Assembly (NCBI GenBank): GCA_900770165.1
Contig: CAAGJJ010000037.1
Coordinates: 3,113 to 67,112 of the forward strand
From: Clostridia bacterium
Lineage (GTDB): Bacteria > Bacillota > Clostridia > Oscillospirales > Acutalibacteraceae
DNA length: 64,000 nucleotides
Reading direction: 5' to 3'
Position numbers and translations under genes: made by a program. Shown one piece after another: positions 10,034 through 20,091 of this stretch (position 1 is the stretch's first letter; each line of letters opens with the position of its first letter). The notes below the pieces were generated by a model. It did not search any database, was not told where the DNA came from, and saw only the letters and a list, made by a program, of their open reading frames with translations.

Positions 10034-12274
10034 ATGGTGAGGTCTTTTGCGTTAATTGGATTTTCTTATTTAATTGCGCTTATGGCCTCTGTATATTTTG
10101 GGGCAACGGTGGCTATCAAACTGTCGATAGTTTTCCTTTGCCTTTTTATAATTTCATTATTTTTTAGAAAATGCAGAAGCAAAAAAGTTATTCCAATTGT
10201 ACTTATAACGATGTCAATTGCATTTATAAATTATGGCATTTCTTATATTTATAAAGTTGTACCTATTGAGAAACTTGATAAGACTACAGTAAACATTTCT
10301 GGTGTAATTTGCGATACACCTTATAAATCTTATAATAAATATTATTACATATTAAAAACTGATAGCGTTGGGTTAGATGGTGCTCCGCAAAATATTAAGA
10401 TAAGAGTTTCATCAAATACATCATTAGATGCAGATATATATGACAAAGTTACAGCACAAGTAAATATGTTTTTACCAAATGATAATAATGGATTTTCATC
10501 TAAAGCGTATTATGCATCTAAAAATATTCATATGTTTGCATATTTTAATAATTATGAGTCTGTTAAAATAGATGAAAATAGTAATAAATCTATAAACTAT
10601 TATATACTTAAGTTTAGATCAGAATTAATATCGAGAATTAAAATATTATTAGGCCAAGAAGAATCATCAATAGCAATAGGGATGCTGTTAGGTTATAAAT
10701 TTGATATTAATAGCGATGTAAAGACAGATTTTAATCGTGTGGGTATATCCCATTTATTAGCAGTGTCAGGCTATCATATGGCCGTTATAGTTAGTTTTAT
10801 GTTTACGCTATTTGGTTTTCTGAAGTGCCCTAAAAAACTTTCGAATGTGTTAACTATATTTGTAGTTATATTATTTATGGCATTAACAGGTTTTTCTTCA
10901 TCAATCGTAAGATCTGGTATAATGTATATTGTATATTTATTTGGAAGTATTATAAGCCGAAGAACAGATTCTTTAAATTCGCTTGGCCTGGCAACGTTTT
11001 TAATTTGTGTACTAAATCCATTTTCAGCAGGAGATATAGGACTTTTGTTATCTGTTTCTGCAACGCTTGGAATAATTATATTATCTCCGATAATTTCATT
11101 ATGGTTCAAAAATAAAATAACTAATGTAACGTTTGGGAAAAGTTATTTGTATTTAATTATTGATATCCTGGCAGTTACTTTATCTGCAAATTTATTTACT
11201 ATGCCAATAACTATGTTATCTTTTAAATATTTTTATATAATATCTCCGTTAGCAAATATTTTAATTATATTTGCATTTTCTGCAATGATGTTTTGCTTAA
11301 TAATAGCTATTGTCTTGTCTTATTTAGGATTTTTAAGTATAATGGCTATACCATTTTCAATTGCATCAACACTGTTGATAAAATATGTGGTTACTTGTGC
11401 TAAGGTCCTTGCAGATTTACCATATGCTTATTTATCAGCAAATTATAAATTTTTACTGTTGTGGTTAGCGGGTACTTTTCTATTATTAGCAGTGGCAATT
11501 TTTCTTAGAAAAGATTTGAAATTAATTAAGATTACAGCTATCCTTTCTGTAATGATATTAATGATTGGTACTTTGTCATATCAAATTCTAAAAAGGAACA
11601 TTACAACTGTTGCAATTCTTAATACAGGCACAGGAATTTCAGCAGTAGCTTCTAAAAATGGACATGCAGCAGTGATATCATGTGGTGGGGAGGATTTCTA
11701 TTCTGATAGTATTTATGAGTATTTAGAATCTAGAAATATAAAGAAATTAGACTTCGTTTTAGCGTCAGATGATAATTCTAAAACATCTGGGTTTATTGAA
11801 AATATTATTAATAAGTATAATCCTGCATCTGTTGTAGTTCATGATAAAGTTTTAGATGATAATAAAGAGCTATTTAAAAGCAAACTGAATTCTAGAAATA
11901 ATTTAATAACTTTTGAGACTTCTGCTGATGTTGACATTTGGAATAATATTAGTATTTCTGCTATTAACGAAAGTAGTGAAAGCTTTATATATTTAACTGT
12001 TAATGATGTCAAATTTCTATTTTGTCCATCTGGAGGAGATGCATATAATTTGCCAATTGATTGGAAAACACCGGCATTTGCTATTTATGGAAATATTCCA
12101 GATAATGATAATATGATTAAATCAAATTATATTATATTAACAATGAGCAAAGATGATTTGAAGGGAAAAACAAAGCCTGTAGTTGTTAACAATAAAAATG
12201 TTTTTACTACATCAATGAATGATATGATTTTAATAGATTGCATAGGAAATAATGAAATAAGTATACATAGATAA
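10034..12274 (+). CDS. comEC: DNA internalisation competence protein ComEC/Rec2, with a degenerate C-terminal MBL motif
   Basis: Competence-domain signature LLAVSGYHMAVIVSF in a polytopic membrane protein. The C-terminal lactamase-like domain has LASDDNSKTSG where HxHxDH is expected. Confidence 0.85.
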   Translation: MVRSFALIGFSYLIALMASVYFGATVAIKLSIVFLCLFIISLFFRKCRSKKVIPIVLITMSIAFINYGISYIYKVVPIEKLDKTTVNISGVICDTPYKSYNKYYYILKTDSVGLDGAPQNIKIRVSSNTSLDADIYDKVTAQVNMFLPNDNNGFSSKAYYASKNIHMFAYFNNYESVKIDENSNKSINYYILKFRSELISRIKILLGQEESSIAIGMLLGYKFDINSDVKTDFNRVGISHLLAVSGYHMAVIVSFMFTLFGFLKCPKKLSNVLTIFVVILFMALTGFSSSIVRSGIMYIVYLFGSIISRRTDSLNSLGLATFLICVLNPFSAGDIGLLLSVSATLGIIILSPIISLWFKNKITNVTFGKSYLYLIIDILAVTLSANLFTMPITMLSFKYFYIISPLANILIIFAFSAMMFCLIIAIVLSYLGFLSIMAIPFSIASTLLIKYVVTCAKVLADLPYAYLSANYKFLLLWLAGTFLLLAVAIFLRKDLKLIKITAILSVMILMIGTLSYQILKRNITTVAILNTGTGISAVASKNGHAAVISCGGEDFYSDSIYEYLESRNIKKLDFVLASDDNSKTSGFIENIINKYNPASVVVHDKVLDDNKELFKSKLNSRNNLITFETSADVDIWNNISISAINESSESFIYLTVNDVKFLFCPSGGDAYNLPIDWKTPAFAIYGNIPDNDNMIKSNYIILTMSKDDLKGKTKPVVVNNKNVFTTSMNDMILIDCIGNNEISIHR

Positions 12275-12300
12275 TTATATATTTCTTTAGAGGTGGGGTA

Positions 12301-13335
12301 ATGTCTAAAATTACAGAAAATGAATTAAAAAAGAAAATTGGAGATCAAAATTTTTCTGGATTTTACCTTTTATATGGTGATGAAAAGTATTTGGTGAGTT
12401 ATTATACAAAAAAAATTGTTGAATCAATTGTAGGTACTAAGTATAATGATTTTAATTTTCAAGTTTTCAATAAAGATAAGATTGATATAAATGATATTTT
12501 GTCATCTGTAGAATCAGTACCACTTATGTCAAATAAAAAATGTGTATTAATAAACGATTTAGATTTATCGTTGCTAAATGATAATGACAGAAATAGTTTT
12601 ATTAAATTAATTTCAGATTTGCCTGAGACAACTGTATTAATTATGAGTTATCCAACACTTGAAATTGATTTGAAAAAAAATACTAAATGGAAGAAATTTA
12701 TTTCTAGTGCTGATGAGTTTGGAACAATTTTGGAGTTTGAAAAGAGAGGATTACAAGCTTTAGAAAGGCAGCTAGTTAGTTGGGCTAAAAAAAGAGGAAC
12801 TGTTTTATCGTTGATTAATGCTTCTAAGATAATAATGTTGTGTGGTGACGATCTTCATACATTAAGCTTAGAGATTGAAAAATTGTGTGCATATGTAGAC
12901 TATAAAGAAATAACTGAAGATGATATTGAAACTATTGTTGCTAAAAATTTGGAAACTACTGTATTTGCATTGTCTAATGCTTTAGCGAGAAGAGATTATG
13001 AAAAGGCTTTTAGACAATTAGATCTACTTTTTTATCAAAGAGAGGAACCTATATCGGTATTAGCTGTTTTATCTTCTGTGTTTATAGATATGTACAGGGT
13101 ACGTGTGTCTTTAGAGAGCGGTAAAGATCCTTGTGAATTAACTAAGTATTTTGACTATAAAAATAAAGCATTTAAATTGAAAAATGCGCAAAGAGATAGT
13201 AAAAAAATTACTACCGATAATATTAAAAAATGTCTTAATATTTTATCTGAAATAGATATGTTATTAAAAAACACAAGAGCTGACAAAAGAGTAGTTATGG
13301 AAGAATTAATTTCGAAAATTATGTTAACATTATAA
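12301..13335 (+). CDS. holA: DNA polymerase III delta subunit
   Basis: 344 aa; N-terminus and length are typical of HolA; lies downstream of comEC as in other Firmicutes. Confidence 0.8.
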   Translation: MSKITENELKKKIGDQNFSGFYLLYGDEKYLVSYYTKKIVESIVGTKYNDFNFQVFNKDKIDINDILSSVESVPLMSNKKCVLINDLDLSLLNDNDRNSFIKLISDLPETTVLIMSYPTLEIDLKKNTKWKKFISSADEFGTILEFEKRGLQALERQLVSWAKKRGTVLSLINASKIIMLCGDDLHTLSLEIEKLCAYVDYKEITEDDIETIVAKNLETTVFALSNALARRDYEKAFRQLDLLFYQREEPISVLAVLSSVFIDMYRVRVSLESGKDPCELTKYFDYKNKAFKLKNAQRDSKKITTDNIKKCLNILSEIDMLLKNTRADKRVVMEELISKIMLTL

Positions 13336-13347
13336 AATGAGGAGATT

Positions 13348-13956
13348 TTGTTGATTAAAATAAATGAAGCAATTGTAGTAGAAGGAAAATATGATAAAAT
13401 TAAATTATCTTCAATTGTAGATGGATTAATTATAGAGACAAATGGATTTCGTATATTTAAAGATAAAGAAAAAATTAATTTATTAAGAAATTTAGCGAAA
13501 AAAAGAGGAATTTTAATATTTACAGATAGTGATTCTGCTGGCTTTTTAATAAGAAATTATATTAGTTCTATAATACCTAAAGAAAATATTAAGCATGCAT
13601 ATATTCCAGATATATATGGAAAAGAAAAAAGAAAGTATAATTACTCTAAGGAAGGCAAATTAGGAGTAGAGGGTATACCCAAAAAGATTATAGAAAAATC
13701 ATTAAAAGATGCGGGTGTAATATTTAAAGAAACTGAATTAGTAAAAAAAAATAAACGGGAAATTACAAAAATTGATTTATATGATTATGGATTATCCGGC
13801 AGAGACAATAGTTCTGAGCTAAGAAAAGCTTTTTTAAAACAACTTAATCTTCCAGAGCATTTATCAGTTAATTCTTTGGTTAAGGTTTTGAATTGTTCTT
13901 TAACATATGAAGAATTTGAAATAGAGATAAAAAAATTATTAAAGTTATATTTATAA
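13348..13956 (+). CDS. Toprim-domain protein, ribonuclease M5 (RnmV)-like; TTG start
   Basis: IVVEGKYDKIKL...IETNG...ILIFTDSDSAGFLIR...KHAYIP follows the RNase M5 / DUF4093 Toprim pattern. Confidence 0.55.
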   Translation: MLIKINEAIVVEGKYDKIKLSSIVDGLIIETNGFRIFKDKEKINLLRNLAKKRGILIFTDSDSAGFLIRNYISSIIPKENIKHAYIPDIYGKEKRKYNYSKEGKLGVEGIPKKIIEKSLKDAGVIFKETELVKKNKREITKIDLYDYGLSGRDNSSELRKAFLKQLNLPEHLSVNSLVKVLNCSLTYEEFEIEIKKLLKLYL

Positions 13957-13963
13957 ATTTGCA

Positions 13964-14000
13964 AAAGGATCCAGGAGTATATATTCCTGGATCCTTTTGT
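13964..14000. terminator. Bidirectional intrinsic terminator between convergent genes
   Basis: aaaggatccaggag-tatatat-tcctggatcctttt with T-runs on both strands. Confidence 0.75.
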
Positions 14001-14936
14001 TTATTTTTCTGTAAATACATTTATATTATCTCCATCTGAAGTAAATATAATAGTACCACTTTTATCTGTGCGATAAGTTTTTATATTATTATTTTTTAAG
14101 CGATTTATTATAGAGTCTTTTGGTAAATTATTGCTATCTGGTCCTACAGATATTACAGAATATTCCGGGTTTACTGCGTTTAAAAATTTTTGAGTTGTTG
14201 ATGTTTTACTGCCATGATGTCCAACTTTTAAAACTGTAGATTTTAAATTTGCACCAGATGATATTAAATCGGTTTCTGCTTCTTTTTCTGCATCTCCTAC
14301 AAATAAAAAGCTAGTATTTTTGTAAGCTAATTTTGCAATTACAGAATTATTATTTAAATTGTCATATTCTTTAATTGGGCCTAATATATCAATATTTATT
14401 TCACCTATTTTAAAATTATCTCCAACTACAGGACTTTCAACTGTTATATTATTATCTTTAAGTGAATTAATCATTGAATTATACGTTTTAGTTGTAGGAA
14501 TAATAGTTTCAGACAATTTTGGCATAATAAATCTATTAATAGAGAATGTATTAATTATATTATCCATGCCCGCAATATGATCTTTATGAGGATGAGTTGC
14601 AATAATTAAGTCAAATTGTTGTATTTTGTTATTATTGAGATATTGAATTACTTGATCTTTTGTGTCAGTGTCACCTGAATCGATTAAAATATTCTTATCG
14701 TTAGATTTTATATATATTGCATCAGCTTTACCAACATTCAGTATATGGACAGATAAAGGATAATCTTCATAATTTACATCAACAGTGCCTTTTGATATAT
14801 TTAAGTAATTGTAAATTTTATTCCATGTTGGAATATTAAGATTATTTGAGTAAGAAAGTATTATGGTGCCACAAATTAATAGTATTGAAATTGATATAAT
14901 AAGTTTTTTATGCCTAAACCTTTTCTTTTTTGCCAT
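14001..14936 (-). CDS. Standalone MBL-fold hydrolase of the ComEC C-terminal type, with an N-terminal membrane anchor or signal sequence
   Basis: N-terminal basic stretch plus a hydrophobic helix; intact HPHKDHIAGM motif; downstream GDAE and HHGS motifs. Confidence 0.75.
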   Translation of the reverse strand: MAKKKRFRHKKLIISISILLICGTIILSYSNNLNIPTWNKIYNYLNISKGTVDVNYEDYPLSVHILNVGKADAIYIKSNDKNILIDSGDTDTKDQVIQYLNNNKIQQFDLIIATHPHKDHIAGMDNIINTFSINRFIMPKLSETIIPTTKTYNSMINSLKDNNITVESPVVGDNFKIGEINIDILGPIKEYDNLNNNSVIAKLAYKNTSFLFVGDAEKEAETDLISSGANLKSTVLKVGHHGSKTSTTQKFLNAVNPEYSVISVGPDSNNLPKDSIINRLKNNNIKTYRTDKSGTIIFTSDGDNINVFTEK

Positions 14937-14946
14937 ATAGTTGCCT

Positions 14947-17412
14947 CTATTCAGTATCAGATTTTTGCATATTCATTTCTAAAAATTGTTGATATGTAAT
15001 AAGTAATTGTCTGGGCTTCGACCCTTCATGGGGGCCTACAATTCCCATTTTTTCCATTTCATCGATTAATCTTCCAGCTCTAGCATAGCCTAATCTCAAG
15101 CGCCTTTGTAAAAGAGAAGTAGAGGCTTGACCAGCTTCAACAACACATTTAATTGCTTCATTTAACATAGGGTCAGCATTTGTATTTTCGCTTGGTTCTG
15201 ATTCTTTTTCAGGCACAGCATTTTTTTCTATTTCTTCAATAATGTTTTCATCGTAATCTGTTTCTTGAGAGTTTTTAATAAAATCTATAACAGATGAAAT
15301 TTCTTTGTCTGTTACATAACATCCCTGTATACGTACTGGCTTTTGAGCACCAACAGGAGAAAATAACATATCTCCTCGGCCTAAAAGCTTTTCAGCTCCA
15401 GACATATCTAATATTGTTCTAGAGTCAACTTGAGATGATACCGCTAGTGCAATACGGCTGGGAATATTTGCTTTTATAATTCCAGTAATAACATCAACCG
15501 ATGGCCTTTGTGTAGCTATAACTAAATGCATCCCTGCTGCACGAGCCATTTGTGCAAGCCTGCAAATAGAATCTTCTACTTCATGAGGAGCTGCCATCAT
15601 TAAGTCAGCAAGTTCGTCAATAATTATTACAATTTGAGGCATAGTTTCTAGTTCATTTCCATCTTTATCTAAACATGGCTCATTGGCCTTCTTTTTTTGA
15701 CTTACCATGCTATTATAAGATGTTAAATCTCTAACGTTGTTATCGGCAAATATTTTATATCTTTTAAGCATCTCTGTAACAGCCCAATTTAAAGAACCTG
15801 CTGCTTTTCTTGGATCTGTAACAACAGGGACCAAAAGGTGAGGTATACCATTGTATATACCCAGTTCAACTACTTTAGGATCAATCATTAAAAGTCTAAC
15901 ATCATCTGGAGAAGATTTATATAGTAAGCTTATTATAAATGAGTTAATACAAACTGATTTACCAGATCCTGTAGAACCTGCTATTAATAAATGAGGCATT
16001 TTGCTAAGATCTGCAATAGAAACATTACCTGCAATATCGCGCCCTAATATAACGGTTAATTTGCCGTTAGAATTATAAAATTCATGTGAACTAATTAGTT
16101 CACGCATACGTACAACATTAACAACCTTGTTAGGAACCTCTACTCCAACGGCTGCTTTTCCGGGAATAGGAGCTTCAATGCGAACACCAGATGCAGCTAA
16201 ATTTAACGATATATCATCGGCTAAATTTGTGATTTTACTTATTTTAACTCCTGCAGCCGGTTGAAGTTCATACCTTGTAACCGCAGGACCTCTGCTTATG
16301 TCAATAATTTTTGTTGATACATTAAAACTTTTTAATGTGTCAACCAACATTTGTCCACTTGTTTTAAGCTCATTTTGTATATCATCTTTTTTCGCATTTT
16401 TAGATTTTTCTAAAAGTGTGATAGGAGGAAAGAGATATTTATTATTAGTGACATCATTATTGGTATATTCATTAGTATTTAGATTTGCTTCAGATTCATT
16501 GATAAGATTGTTCTCTATTTCGCTATTTTTTTTCATAAATGTTTCAGCAGCAATATCTGCAGAATTATCATTGCTTTTGTTCGTTTTTGATAAAACATTT
16601 TTCAGCTTTTCTAATTTATCATTTTTGGCAGTTTCTTTATCATTAGGGATTGATCTTACAGGATGATTTGGCATATCATCAATAGGAATATCAATTTTTA
16701 CATTTTTAGCTTTAGCCTTTTTAATAGGCTTATTAGGCCTTTCCTTTTCAGTTATTTCAGTATTATATTCGTTTTTCTTTTTAATAGGTTTAAATACAAA
16801 TCTAAAGAATTGTAAAAGAGTTACTCCTGTAAGAAGCATAATTGAGCCAAATAAAAGTATTATAGTTACAATACATGCGCCGACATTTCCTAATGCATAA
16901 ACTAAAGGTATTCCTAATAAGCCACTAAAGAATCCTGCACCTTTATGAACTAAAGGTATAGTTTCATCTGAACCTATTAGATATAATTCACGCAATTGTG
17001 ACCAATATGAATTATTTAAATTATGCCTATTAGAACTAAATACATAGAAGGATGTACATACAAGAATAATTACGATAATGGATAGCCAAATTTTTATACT
17101 AGCATTATCGTTTAAATCTTCTTTAGAGATTATAAAAGATACGTACATTAATAGAAAAGGCCAGAATATTGCAGCGTTAGCGAAAACACCCCAAATAAAA
17201 GTATGTATTGTGTTCCATATATTTTCACCAGGAACTATAATTAGACATAAAAGTAAAATTGAAAAAGAGAATAACAGGATAGCAACACTTTGATTATGAG
17301 ATTTTATTTTAATTTTATTATTAGCCTTTTGTGTTTTCGGTGTACTTTTTTTAGTACGAGATGCAGGCCTGCCTCTTTTTTTAGAGGTAGGCCTTGAATT
17401 TTTATATGGCAT
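14947..17412 (-). CDS. ftsK: DNA translocase FtsK/SpoIIIE
   Basis: N-terminal TM segments, a low-complexity linker, Walker A GSTGSGKS, and a C-terminal gamma domain. Confidence 0.92.
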   Translation of the reverse strand: MPYKNSRPTSKKRGRPASRTKKSTPKTQKANNKIKIKSHNQSVAILLFSFSILLLCLIIVPGENIWNTIHTFIWGVFANAAIFWPFLLMYVSFIISKEDLNDNASIKIWLSIIVIILVCTSFYVFSSNRHNLNNSYWSQLRELYLIGSDETIPLVHKGAGFFSGLLGIPLVYALGNVGACIVTIILLFGSIMLLTGVTLLQFFRFVFKPIKKKNEYNTEITEKERPNKPIKKAKAKNVKIDIPIDDMPNHPVRSIPNDKETAKNDKLEKLKNVLSKTNKSNDNSADIAAETFMKKNSEIENNLINESEANLNTNEYTNNDVTNNKYLFPPITLLEKSKNAKKDDIQNELKTSGQMLVDTLKSFNVSTKIIDISRGPAVTRYELQPAAGVKISKITNLADDISLNLAASGVRIEAPIPGKAAVGVEVPNKVVNVVRMRELISSHEFYNSNGKLTVILGRDIAGNVSIADLSKMPHLLIAGSTGSGKSVCINSFIISLLYKSSPDDVRLLMIDPKVVELGIYNGIPHLLVPVVTDPRKAAGSLNWAVTEMLKRYKIFADNNVRDLTSYNSMVSQKKKANEPCLDKDGNELETMPQIVIIIDELADLMMAAPHEVEDSICRLAQMARAAGMHLVIATQRPSVDVITGIIKANIPSRIALAVSSQVDSRTILDMSGAEKLLGRGDMLFSPVGAQKPVRIQGCYVTDKEISSVIDFIKNSQETDYDENIIEEIEKNAVPEKESEPSENTNADPMLNEAIKCVVEAGQASTSLLQRRLRLGYARAGRLIDEMEKMGIVGPHEGSKPRQLLITYQQFLEMNMQKSDTE

Positions 17413-17438
17413 GATAAATCACCTTATTGGAAATTAAA

Positions 17439-18392
17439 TTATACAGGAAGACCTGTAAATATGTTTATATTATTAGATTTTTCAATTAAATATACAATAA
17501 TTGTTGCTGTACCGCAAACAGCAGTATATAGTATAAATATCCACATTTTGTCTGTTGCTAATAACCATTTAAAAAGCTTTATTGCTAAGAATCCAACAAT
17601 AGCGGAAACTACAACACCAACAATTACTGGCATTATTCCTAAATCAAAATCGCCAGATTCTGCAACATCTTTAAATTCAAGTAAAGCAGCAGCTAATATA
17701 GATGGAATACCTAGTACAAAAGAGTAATCTAATGCAGTTTGTTTGCTAATTCCTCTGAGAAGGCCAACAGATAAAGTTGATCCTGAACGTGATAATCCTG
17801 GGAATATGGCAGCTAAACATTGCATTATACCTACTAGAATAGCGTCAACGGGATTGTAGTATTTTCTACCGTAGTTTTTAGATGCACAATTTTCTTTATT
17901 TTTGTATTTTTGGGAAACTTTTTTATTTGCCAATACTCCAAGAGTTAACAAAACGCTGGTGGCTAAAAGTGATAGTCCTACAACCATTAAATTTCCTTCA
18001 TTTGCCCATTCTTCCGAAAGATCTTTAAACGATAGATCAGTGCCAGGAACAGGTAAAAATAAAAGGAATAATGGAACTAGACCTATTATTAACATTATAA
18101 CTAATCTTTTATCATGGTTAAGATTTTTCCACTTGAAATTTCCTTTAAAAATATCAGCGATCATAGAAAAAAATGCCTTTAATAGCCTTATTACTAGCTT
18201 ATAATATACAGCTAGTACAGCAATAAGTGTTCCAAGATGCAACATAACATCAAAAAATAAGTTATTACCGTTTACACCTAAAACATGTTGTGAAAGTACT
18301 AGATGCCCACTACTAGATACGGGCAAAAATTCTGTTAAGCCTTGTACAATTCCTTGAATAATTGCTTCAAAAATACTCATAAAATCCTCCAA
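17439..18392 (-). CDS. uppP: Undecaprenyl-diphosphate phosphatase
   Basis: The N-terminus MSIFEAIIQGIVQGLTEFLPVSSSGHLVL is the BacA/UppP signature; it carries a roughly 40-aa insertion. Confidence 0.88.
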   Translation of the reverse strand: MEDFMSIFEAIIQGIVQGLTEFLPVSSSGHLVLSQHVLGVNGNNLFFDVMLHLGTLIAVLAVYYKLVIRLLKAFFSMIADIFKGNFKWKNLNHDKRLVIMLIIGLVPLFLLFLPVPGTDLSFKDLSEEWANEGNLMVVGLSLLATSVLLTLGVLANKKVSQKYKNKENCASKNYGRKYYNPVDAILVGIMQCLAAIFPGLSRSGSTLSVGLLRGISKQTALDYSFVLGIPSILAAALLEFKDVAESGDFDLGIMPVIVGVVVSAIVGFLAIKLFKWLLATDKMWIFILYTAVCGTATIIVYLIEKSNNINIFTGLPV

Positions 18393-18421
18393 TTATGTAA
18401 ATAAAATAATTTTATATGTAA

Positions 18422-18450
18422 TTCCGAAAATCTTATTTGAGATTTTCGGA
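18422..18450 (-). terminator. Hairpin terminator downstream of the TepA-like gene
   Basis: ttccgaaaatct-tatttg-agattttcggaa. Confidence 0.55.
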
Positions 18451-18456
18451 AATATA

Positions 18457-19290
18457 CTACTTTTTATTTGATGCTTTTCTATTAATTTTTTCTTTCTTTT
18501 TTGTAGTACTTTTGCTATCATTTTTTGAATTAATATTTTTTTGCTTTTTTTCTTTATTACCTTTAATATCATCTATTATACCATATAAACACGAAAGTGC
18601 ATCAGAAAGATTTCCAAGATAATCAATAAGTCCTTCATCAACGGCATCTTTTCCATCTAGAACTGTTCCAATATCCATAACAAGTTCGCCTGTGTTCATT
18701 GCAAGTTCGTAGAATCTTTCAGGTGATATATTTGAATTTTGAGATACAAAGTTGGTTATGCGTTCTTGCATACGCTGAAAGTATTCAAATGTTTGTGGAA
18801 CGCCTAACATAAGTCCATTCATTCTTACAGGATGAATAGTCATAGTAGCAGATTCAGCAATGAACGATTTGTTGGCTGCAACAGCTAAAGGAACACCTAT
18901 TGAATGTCCTCCTCCAATGACCATGGACACAGTTGGCTTTTTCATTCCGGCAACTAACTCAGCTATTGCAAGTCCTGCTTCAACATCTCCACCAACAGTA
19001 TTTAATAGTATTAAAAGTCCGTCTATTTTCGGCTCTTCTTCTATAGCAACAAGTTGTGGTATTACATGTTCATACTTTGTTGTTTTATTTTGTGGAGATA
19101 AAATATAATGGCCCTCAATTTGTCCTATAATAGTTAAACAGTAGATTGTATATTTATTATGGCCGGTTATTATAGAACCGGTTTGAGTTATTTGTTCGGT
19201 TTGTTCAGGACTGCCCGGTTCGTAATCTTTTGGACTTTTATCATTGTTATTCGATGAATTTCCAGAATCTTGTGAAGATTTATTAATCAT
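18457..19290 (-). CDS. ClpP/S14-family serine peptidase paralog (TepA-like), with a low-complexity N-terminus and a Lys-rich C-tail
   Basis: The core [45 protein letters not shown] matches the ClpP/TepA fold; the flanking segments are compositionally biased. Confidence 0.7.
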   Translation of the reverse strand: MINKSSQDSGNSSNNNDKSPKDYEPGSPEQTEQITQTGSIITGHNKYTIYCLTIIGQIEGHYILSPQNKTTKYEHVIPQLVAIEEEPKIDGLLILLNTVGGDVEAGLAIAELVAGMKKPTVSMVIGGGHSIGVPLAVAANKSFIAESATMTIHPVRMNGLMLGVPQTFEYFQRMQERITNFVSQNSNISPERFYELAMNTGELVMDIGTVLDGKDAVDEGLIDYLGNLSDALSCLYGIIDDIKGNKEKKQKNINSKNDSKSTTKKKEKINRKASNKK

Positions 19291-19598
19291 ATTATCACAC
19301 CTCTCATAATAATAGTCTGGCGTGAAATATAATTATAATACATAGAATTATAGCATTTATAACTTATAGCTTCAATAAAATTAAAAGAATAATTATTTTA
19401 CAAATATTTCCATTGACAGTGAAGCTTTGTTGCATTTGTTAAAATTTTTTGAATTTTTTAAGAAAAAATGTGATATAAATTAATTATAAGCTTGGCAAAT
19501 AAGGTTTTTATATAAAAATTAATATATTATTTGTTAGAAATTACTGATTATATTTAATATAAATCTTGTAAAAAACTATGTTGAAAAATAGATTAGCA

Positions 19599-19627
19599 TT
19601 GACATATTATTAAAATTATTGCATAAT
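19599..19627 (+). promoter_or_regulatory. Candidate sigma-A promoter (ttgaca-17-cataat) in the long ptsH leader
   Basis: Near-consensus hexamers about 190 nt upstream of ptsH. Confidence 0.45.
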
Positions 19628-19815
19628 GCTATTAGTATTTATACCCAGTTATTATACCAATAATTGAGTGTTACTAATTTGTTCAGGCATAAGCATAAGT
19701 GAATAGAATTTTGTGTTATTTATGGCACGTATATGTTTTGTTTGTATGCTTGTGTCTTTTTTGTTAACATTATTATAATATATTAATATTTTTAATTGAA
19801 AGGGTTAGGATAAAC

Positions 19816-20073
19816 ATGAAAGAATTTAATTATGTATTAAAAGATGATAATGGTATACATGCTAGACCAGCTGGAATATTAGTTAAAGAAGTAGCTAAGT
19901 TTAAATCTGAAGTTAAAGTTACACTAAGAGAAAAAGTTGCAGATGCAAGGCGTATTTTTGCTTTGATGGGATTAGGTGCTAAAAAAGGAGACGAATTGCT
20001 TATAAGCATTTCTGGAGAAGATGAGGATGAAGTTACTGAAAAACTAAAGGAATTTTTCTCAGAAAATTTTTAA
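19816..20073 (+). CDS. ptsH: Phosphocarrier protein HPr
   Basis: GIHARPA motif around the active His15, and a Ser46 region. Confidence 0.92.
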   Translation: MKEFNYVLKDDNGIHARPAGILVKEVAKFKSEVKVTLREKVADARRIFALMGLGAKKGDELLISISGEDEDEVTEKLKEFFSENF

Positions 20074-20091
20074 TGTCAGGAGATAGTATCT

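Noticed and set aside
18437-18622. 61-aa plus-strand ORF rich in Phe and Leu
   Set aside because: It overlaps the 3' end and terminator of the TepA-like gene. It has extreme low-complexity composition and no RBS, and is probably not coding.
19291-19815. cre (CcpA) site in the ptsH leader, for example around ttgacagtgaagctttgttgca
   Set aside because: No segment matches the WTGNAANCGNWNNCW cre consensus with the central CG, and the similarity is too weak to call.
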